The notes under the pieces: model-generated
Seen by the model: only the letters and a program-made list of their open reading frames with translations
Database searches by the model: none
Told to the model about the DNA's origin: nothing
Translations under genes and position numbers: made by a program
From: Candidatus Krumholzibacteriia bacterium
Lineage (GTDB): Bacteria > Krumholzibacteriota > Krumholzibacteriia > WVZY01
Direction of reading: 5' to 3'
Assembly: GCA_036478295.1 (NCBI GenBank)
Contig: JAZGDW010000060.1
Span: 1-20,376, forward strand
DNA length: 20,376 nt
Shown here: in pieces, positions 15,030-20,376 of the stretch
Layout: the number at the start of each line of letters is the position of its first letter
Numbering within the stretch: position 1 is the first letter of the stretch

Positions 15030-16560
15030 ATTCACCTTTCCATGTGAGTATCAAGGCGAAAAACACGCAGCTTACGAACCAGACTGTGAGAATCACCGGT
15101 GGCGAGAAACGCATGAACCGATACTCCTCACTGTAGTTCTCACTGAAGCCCATCCCGTAGAGACCACCCGTGAACTCGTTCCACAAGGAATAACCCAGGA
15201 CGAAGAGAATCATCGCTGGAATCGCGTACTTGAGGAGGAAATCGAACCAGTAGCCGAGCTTCAAAGAGGAATTGCTGTTCAGATGATTGCGGATCTTCTC
15301 CGGGCCGACGAGCCATCCAATCAACAGGCACTCCGACAGGCCGACGATGAGCAGACCGTAGGAGAAAACCCAGTGGTCGATCAGATCGAGAAGCGTGAGC
15401 CCCAGCGTGCCGTCATCTTCGAGGCCCGGGTTAATCACGTGGGGCAGCGCGAAGCAGGCGCTGCCGGCAAAGCCGACTATGGCCGCGACGGTGACGATCC
15501 TCTTTCGCGACCACCCGAACTTGTCTCGCAGGGGGGAAATCACCGTCTCCACCAGCGACACAGACGAGGTAAGCCCGGCCATGAGCAGCAGAGCAAAGAA
15601 CACGATGCCAAACACGGTTACGCCCGCGGGCATTGCACCGATGCCCTGCGGGACAATGAAGAATGTCATGCTCAGCGTGCTCGCCTGCGGCACGATCGCG
15701 AACGCGAACAGAATCGAAAAAATGGCGAGCCCGGCAATATACTCGAACCCGCAGTTCAGGAGCGAGGTAATAATGGAATTTTGCGTCAGGTCACTCTTTT
15801 TGGGGAGGTAAGACGCGTAAGCGGTCATGGTGCCGATGCCGAGGGACAACGTGAAGAATATCTGGCTGAAGGCGCCTTGCCACACAGCGGGGTCCTTCAT
15901 CACCGAAAAATTCGGTGTGAAGAGAAGAAACACGCCCTGGCCTCCGTTGGGCAGGGTCAGTCCCCTGACGATCAGCACGACCATGAAGATCCACATGAGC
16001 GGCACGAAAACCTTGGTGACCGGCTCGATGCTCTCGACGCCCTTGCGCACAATAAGGACGTTAAGGAGCCAGATGATAGCGACGAAAAGCAGCGGTTTCC
16101 ACGTGGACAACATGTGAAAGAAATAGGCAACCGGATTGGAGAGGTCCCCCTCCTCGAAGCCGAAGGCGGGAACGGCCGTGGAGGGTTTCCATAACTCACC
16201 CACCGACCCGACGAGCATCCCCAGGACCCAGGAGAGAATCGTGATGTAGTACATCGTGAGGAAGCAGCCGTTCACCACGGCCCACCAACCGGCAAACTCG
16301 CCCCTCTTTCCCGCCAGGCGATGAAGGGAGCCGGGAAAAGCCCGGGCGGTGATATTGCCCAGCCCGAACTCCAACATCATGACGGGTATGCCGATGGCGA
16401 AAAGCGCGAAAAGGTATGGCAGATAAAAAGCCCCGCCGCCGAATTTGTAGGCGTTGGCGGAAAAGAAGACGATGTTGCCGAGGCCGATGGCGGAGCCGGA
16501 CGCCGCGAGGATAAAACCGGCCCTCGATTTCCATTGTCCGCGTTGTTCCGTTTGCGGCAA
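15013..16560 (-). CDS. Sodium-dependent transporter, neurotransmitter:sodium symporter (NSS/SNF, LeuT-like) family
   Basis: Motifs are RGQWKSRAGFILAASGSAIGLGN, GGGAFYLPY, GIPVMMLEFGLG, MYY, QIFFTLSLG.G.M.AYASY and AGLTSSVS. The likely start is TTG 16560 (AAGGGG SD), which lies downstream of the predicted promoter. Confidence 0.93.
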   Translation of the reverse strand: MPQTEQRGQWKSRAGFILAASGSAIGLGNIVFFSANAYKFGGGAFYLPYLFALFAIGIPVMMLEFGLGNITARAFPGSLHRLAGKRGEFAGWWAVVNGCFLTMYYITILSWVLGMLVGSVGELWKPSTAVPAFGFEEGDLSNPVAYFFHMLSTWKPLLFVAIIWLLNVLIVRKGVESIEPVTKVFVPLMWIFMVVLIVRGLTLPNGGQGVFLLFTPNFSVMKDPAVWQGAFSQIFFTLSLGIGTMTAYASYLPKKSDLTQNSIITSLLNCGFEYIAGLAIFSILFAFAIVPQASTLSMTFFIVPQGIGAMPAGVTVFGIVFFALLLMAGLTSSVSLVETVISPLRDKFGWSRKRIVTVAAIVGFAGSACFALPHVINPGLEDDGTLGLTLLDLIDHWVFSYGLLIVGLSECLLIGWLVGPEKIRNHLNSNSSLKLGYWFDFLLKYAIPAMILFVLGYSLWNEFTGGLYGMGFSENYSEEYRFMRFSPPVILTVWFVSCVFFALILTWKGEYADAE

Positions 16561-16621
16561 ACGCTTCCCCTTGAATGCTCGGTGCAGAGAGAACTTCGGC
16601 AGAGCCTGACCGTGAGTCGCC

Positions 16622-16651
16622 ACTATATAGAGTGCCACTTTTGCCTGTCAA
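16622..16651 (-). promoter_or_regulatory. Sigma70-type promoter for the NSS / small protein / agcS-like unit
   Basis: The minus strand reads TTGACA-N18-TATAGT. Confidence 0.65.
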
Positions 16652-16788
16652 GAAAATTGGACACTGTGAACAGGGCGGTCGGCGCACGCCTATTCGGCTT
16701 GTGTTTTGGGTGGGCATAACGGATACTCGTCTTCGGAAGGAATCTGGGGGGGGTAAATCGTTCGCTGGGGCCTGAAGGGTAGGTAGCC

Positions 16789-17793
16789 ATGCGCTTCGTC
16801 ATTTACGGCGCTGGTGCGGTAGGGGGCGTGCTGGGCGGCCATCTCGCCCTCGAACAACACGATGTTCTCTTGATTTGCCGCCGAGAACACGCGGATGCCG
16901 TTCATGACCAGAATGGGCTGCGGATGAAATCGGCGACCGGGGACTATTTCGCTCCGCTGCAGGCGGCCGTGTCGCTGGACAAGAAGGATATCCACGGCGA
17001 CACCGCCATTCTCTTCACCGCCAAGTCATACCACACAGAGGCAAACACCGAATCCCTGGCGCAGATTGCGCCCTCCGATACTCCCGTCGTGAGTTTCCAG
17101 AACGGGATCGCGAACGAGGAAATTATTGCCGCCAGGTTCAATAATGTTTTCGGCGCTGTTTGCCGGATGACGTGCTCGTTCCTCCAGCCCGGTCATGTGT
17201 CGTTTCGCAAATCGGGGCGCCTGATACTAGGGAAACACCCGAAGGGTGCCGATCCTTTCGCCAGGAAGTTAGGCAAGATATTGACTGGCGCGGGTTTCGA
17301 GGTGTCGGTCTCGGCGAGCATTATGTGCGACAAGTGGCTGAAATTGGTCGCGAACTTGCAAAGCGCGTTTCACGCCACCATTGACAACCGCGACCACGAG
17401 TCGCTGGAATTCATGAATCTCAAAGTCGGTATTCTCGAGGAGGCCCGGGAGGTCTTGCGGGCGGACAAGATAAAGGCAAGATCGTGCGACGGCCGGGATT
17501 TTTCGGTGGATGAAATCATCCAGGAACTGAGGAAGCCGCGCGCCGGTAAGGCGGTCTCATCGGTCAGGGTAAACAATTCGACCTGGCAGAACCTCTATCT
17601 GAAGCGGGAACACGTCGAGAACAGGTTTTTTCACGAGCCGATTATCGAGCTCGGTCGCAAGTACGGGATCGCGACGCCGTACAACCAGACGGTGCTCGAG
17701 CTGGTAACGCGGTGCGGCGAGGACAAGCTTGGGCCCAACACGCTGCGGGCCCGCGACATCCTGGAACAAGTCAAGAGCAGGAGTGCGGATTGA
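16789..17793 (+). CDS. Ketopantoate reductase (PanE/ApbA) family oxidoreductase
   Basis: N-terminal Rossmann MRFVIYGAGAVGG, then TAKSY, SFQNGI.NEE, the catalytic-Lys segment KWLKLVANL and C-terminal G.KYGIATPYN. Confidence 0.85.
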   Translation: MRFVIYGAGAVGGVLGGHLALEQHDVLLICRREHADAVHDQNGLRMKSATGDYFAPLQAAVSLDKKDIHGDTAILFTAKSYHTEANTESLAQIAPSDTPVVSFQNGIANEEIIAARFNNVFGAVCRMTCSFLQPGHVSFRKSGRLILGKHPKGADPFARKLGKILTGAGFEVSVSASIMCDKWLKLVANLQSAFHATIDNRDHESLEFMNLKVGILEEAREVLRADKIKARSCDGRDFSVDEIIQELRKPRAGKAVSSVRVNNSTWQNLYLKREHVENRFFHEPIIELGRKYGIATPYNQTVLELVTRCGEDKLGPNTLRARDILEQVKSRSAD

Positions 17794-19466
17794 AAGGGTT
17801 CGTCTATACAATTGTGCTGACCTTGGTGCTGGTTCTCAGCATCATGATTCTGAGATCGCTGCCGCCCACGGGCGAAAAGACTGCGAGCGGCGAACGGCCC
17901 GTGCCGCGAGAGCCCATGGTCGTGCAGAGCGAGCCGGCCGTAAGATCCAATATCGACCCGGAGGAGCTCGAAAAGACGAATCGGACGGCGTTGTACGAAA
18001 CCGGGCTCGAGCTGCTCGATTTGTGGCATGTCCCCGAGGCGATCGACGTATTCAAGATACTCGTGGAGATGGAACCCGGACATTACCGGGCGCATCTCAG
18101 GCTCGTCGAATGTTATTCGCATCCGACGATCGGTGCCGAAAAACTCGCCGCAGACAGCTTTGAGAAGGCCAAGACGGCAGTCCGGGCTGAGGGAGCAGAC
18201 TCGCTTTGGGTGGCGGCTTTTTACAGCCTCTTCGTCGACCCCTGTCCCGCCGAGGCTGTCGACAGGTTTGCACGGGCCGTCAAGCGAGGGAGTGAAGGAG
18301 TGGACAACCGCCTCTTTCTGGCCATGGCGTTTCTGATGGACGGCCGGCCGGAAGACGCGGAGCGCTACCTCACCGACCTCCTGGACGGTGACGAGAGCCT
18401 GGGCCGCGCGCGTGAGCTGCTGGTGCACTGCAAGGTGGCCGAGGGCGATTACGAGCAGGCTGAGTCGCTCGCCAGAGACCTCGCCGCGATCTATCCCGGC
18501 GAACCTTACCCTTACGTGCTTCTCTCTCGCGTCCAGCTCATTCAGGGCAAAGTGGACGATGCGGTGGACTTCGCCAACAATGCGCTCCTTCTCGATCAGC
18601 GCTATATTCCCGCCATCATTGCGCGGGCTCATCTCTACGTGGCAGAGGGCGACAACGAGGCGGCGCGGGTAAGCTTCGAGAAATTGCTGCTCTTCGACGA
18701 TCCGATGTTGTCGTCAGTGGGAATGGAAGGAATGGCGTATGTGGATTTTCTTGCCGGACGGTTCGATGAGGCGTCGGCGTCGCTCGACGAATCGATCCGC
18801 CTGTCCATGAGCGTCGAATCGTCCCGTCGGGGCCTTGTGAACACTTTTCGCCTGGTGAACTACCTCTGCGAACTCGGGCGAACCGACACCGCCAATTCGG
18901 TGCTCGAACGCTGGGTCAGGCGGCACGGCGATATACCTTACAGGCTGGGCCGGATCCGGATCGGGATTTCAGAAGGAAACCTGGCGGAAGCGAGACACGC
19001 GCTCGACGAGATCGAGAACAAGGAAGAATGGCGCGCATGGATGCGGACCCTGGCCCTGAATTTCGTGGATATCAGGGCGTTGACCTTTATTGAAGAAGAG
19101 AATTTCGGTGGTGCACTCGATCTCCTGAACGCCGCCGGGCCTCCGAGTGAAGGCACGCGGCGAACCTACCTCAAGGGATTCGCGCTTTTCCGCGATGGAA
19201 ATGCCGAGGCGGCTACCGGGCTGTTCAAGCAGGCGAGGCTCCGGCTTCATGGCCTGGTGTTTCCATACCACGGCGACCCGGTTCTCTACGCGCAGTCAAT
19301 CTTCTTTTTGGCCGAGGCCGCCCTGGCCAGGGGCGAGAGCGATGAGGCGCGAGGGTACTACAACGCGTTTTTAGACCTGTGGGGTGAGAGCGACTGGGAC
19401 CTGCAGGCCGTCGGCCGCGCGCGCAAGAAGCTCGAAGCCCTGACATTATCCGCCCCGAGCGGCTAG
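17790..19466 (+). CDS. Membrane-anchored tetratricopeptide-repeat protein
   Basis: The likely TTG start at 17790 overlaps the upstream TGA (TTGA) and has a CAGGAG SD. An N-terminal hydrophobic helix FVYTIVLTLVLVLSIMIL is followed by many TPR-like units and a C-terminal A..YY..FL.LW...D. Confidence 0.82.
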   Translation: MKGFVYTIVLTLVLVLSIMILRSLPPTGEKTASGERPVPREPMVVQSEPAVRSNIDPEELEKTNRTALYETGLELLDLWHVPEAIDVFKILVEMEPGHYRAHLRLVECYSHPTIGAEKLAADSFEKAKTAVRAEGADSLWVAAFYSLFVDPCPAEAVDRFARAVKRGSEGVDNRLFLAMAFLMDGRPEDAERYLTDLLDGDESLGRARELLVHCKVAEGDYEQAESLARDLAAIYPGEPYPYVLLSRVQLIQGKVDDAVDFANNALLLDQRYIPAIIARAHLYVAEGDNEAARVSFEKLLLFDDPMLSSVGMEGMAYVDFLAGRFDEASASLDESIRLSMSVESSRRGLVNTFRLVNYLCELGRTDTANSVLERWVRRHGDIPYRLGRIRIGISEGNLAEARHALDEIENKEEWRAWMRTLALNFVDIRALTFIEEENFGGALDLLNAAGPPSEGTRRTYLKGFALFRDGNAEAATGLFKQARLRLHGLVFPYHGDPVLYAQSIFFLAEAALARGESDEARGYYNAFLDLWGESDWDLQAVGRARKKLEALTLSAPSG

Positions 19467-19486
19467 GCCCATTCAGCAGTTAGCGG

Positions 19487-19701
19487 TGCGCGGTGATGAC
19501 CGGTGGAATCGCTTCAGGCACCGCGCTCCACTTCGCTCGGCTACCGCTGGCCAGCGGGGGTGGCAGCGAACGGGCGCCCGGCCGCGCGCAGCTTGCGAGC
19601 ACGGACGGGCTGTTCGCTGACAGGACCCGCGCTGGCCACCGGTGATCCTCGCTCGTTCCCGCATGGGGTCCGTCACCGATTCCACCGGTCATCACCGCGC
19701 A
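19487..19701. repeat. 215-bp palindromic element with perfect 25-bp terminal inverted repeats (MITE/REPIN-like element or structured RNA)
   Basis: TGCGCGGTGATGACCGGTGGAATCG (19487-19511) is the exact reverse complement of 19677-19701. Nested inner arms pair 19548-19556 with 19630-19638, 19564-19571 with 19612-19619, and 19576-19580 with 19606-19610. Confidence 0.85.
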
Positions 19702-19717
19702 GTAGCAAGAGGCTGGC

Positions 19718-20376
19718 CTAGCCGGTCGGGTCGGTGAATGTCCGCTCCGGTTTTCCCACGAGCATGATCACGCCAAACGCCGCCGCAGCACAGGCGAGCA
19801 TCGACACCGCTGAGGGCAGGCCGAATCCCGAGGGCAAGTATCCGACGAGCACGGCGATAACCGCTACGGCCAGGGCATACGGAAGCTGGGTTCTCACGTG
19901 GTCCACGTGATCGGCCCCGCTCGCCATCGATGACATAATAGTGGTATCCGAGATTGGCGAGCAGTGGTCGCCGAAAACGCTGCCGGCCAGGATCGCCGAA
20001 ATACTGGACAGAAGGATGGCTTCGTGAAGCCCGGGAGCGAGGGCGTTCAGTTCCGAGATCCGAATAACCAGGGGGATGCTGATCGGCGTCAGAATCGTCA
20101 TGGTTCCCCACGAGGTGCCCGTCGAAAAACTCACGGCGGCGGCCACGAGAAAGATGATTGTCGGCAACATGGAGGGGCTGAGGATACCCGAGACCTGGGC
20201 GACGAGATAATCCGCCGTGTGCAAATCGGAGCAGACGGATCCGATACACCATGCGAGTACCAGGATGATGAAAGCGGTCATCATCGATTTCACTCCGGCC
20301 ATCCAGGCGTTCATAATAGAAGTCAGCGACGCCAGCCGCTGGAGGAGGCCCAAAAGAATCGCGGCCACACACCCGG
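19718..20376 (-). CDS. Na+/H+ antiporter NhaC family transporter, C-terminal part only
   Basis: Signatures are SFSTGTSWGTM.IL.P and GSVFGDHCSPISDTTIMSSMASG.DH.DHV.TQLPYA. The frame is open to the right edge of the window. Confidence 0.92.
   Translation of the reverse strand, partial: GCVAAILLGLLQRLASLTSIMNAWMAGVKSMMTAFIILVLAWCIGSVCSDLHTADYLVAQVSGILSPSMLPTIIFLVAAAVSFSTGTSWGTMTILTPISIPLVIRISELNALAPGLHEAILLSSISAILAGSVFGDHCSPISDTTIMSSMASGADHVDHVRTQLPYALAVAVIAVLVGYLPSGFGLPSAVSMLACAAAAFGVIMLVGKPERTFTDPTG

Noticed and set aside
13812..16194. Long + strand ORFs 13812..15047 and 14935..16194, and similar ones such as 8456..9505, 6619..7626, 17631..18632 and 1921..2790
   Set aside because: They are antisense shadows of well-supported genes in GC-rich DNA and show no recognisable motifs.
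19473..19721. Three ~70-aa ORFs across the intergenic element
   Set aside because: They have no family features. The peptide RFHRSSPR appears on both strands simply because of the inverted repeat.

Overview
GC-rich bacterial window with no rRNA, tRNA, CRISPR array or transposase. The left half (1-9586) holds four secreted proteins that all end in the same FlgD-Ig/T9SS-type C-terminal domain (PNPF...WDG.D..G..VASG.Y...K..L.K): a partial YCF48-like repeat protein, a purple-acid-phosphatase-type metallophosphoesterase, a duplicated beta-helix/choice-of-anchor-Q protein and a six-repeat FG-GAP adhesin. A secreted TPR protein is translationally coupled to the phosphoesterase. This content suggests an FCB-associated lineage such as Krumholzibacteria, Latescibacteria or Eisenbacteria (inference). 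The right half holds a frameshifted lipoprotein, an SGNH hydrolase, a SAM methyltransferase, a three-gene amino-acid transport unit (atypical NSS symporter, small anchored beta-rich protein, AgcS symporter), a ketopantoate-reductase-like gene coupled to a membrane-anchored TPR gene, and a partial NhaC-family transporter. The best leads are: a 215-bp rod-shaped palindromic element with perfect 25-bp terminal inverted repeats (19487-19701); an NSS transporter lacking the gate Arg and coupled to a possible accessory subunit; the His-terminal TPR plus phosphatase pair; and two frame disruptions (about 2040 and about 10008).
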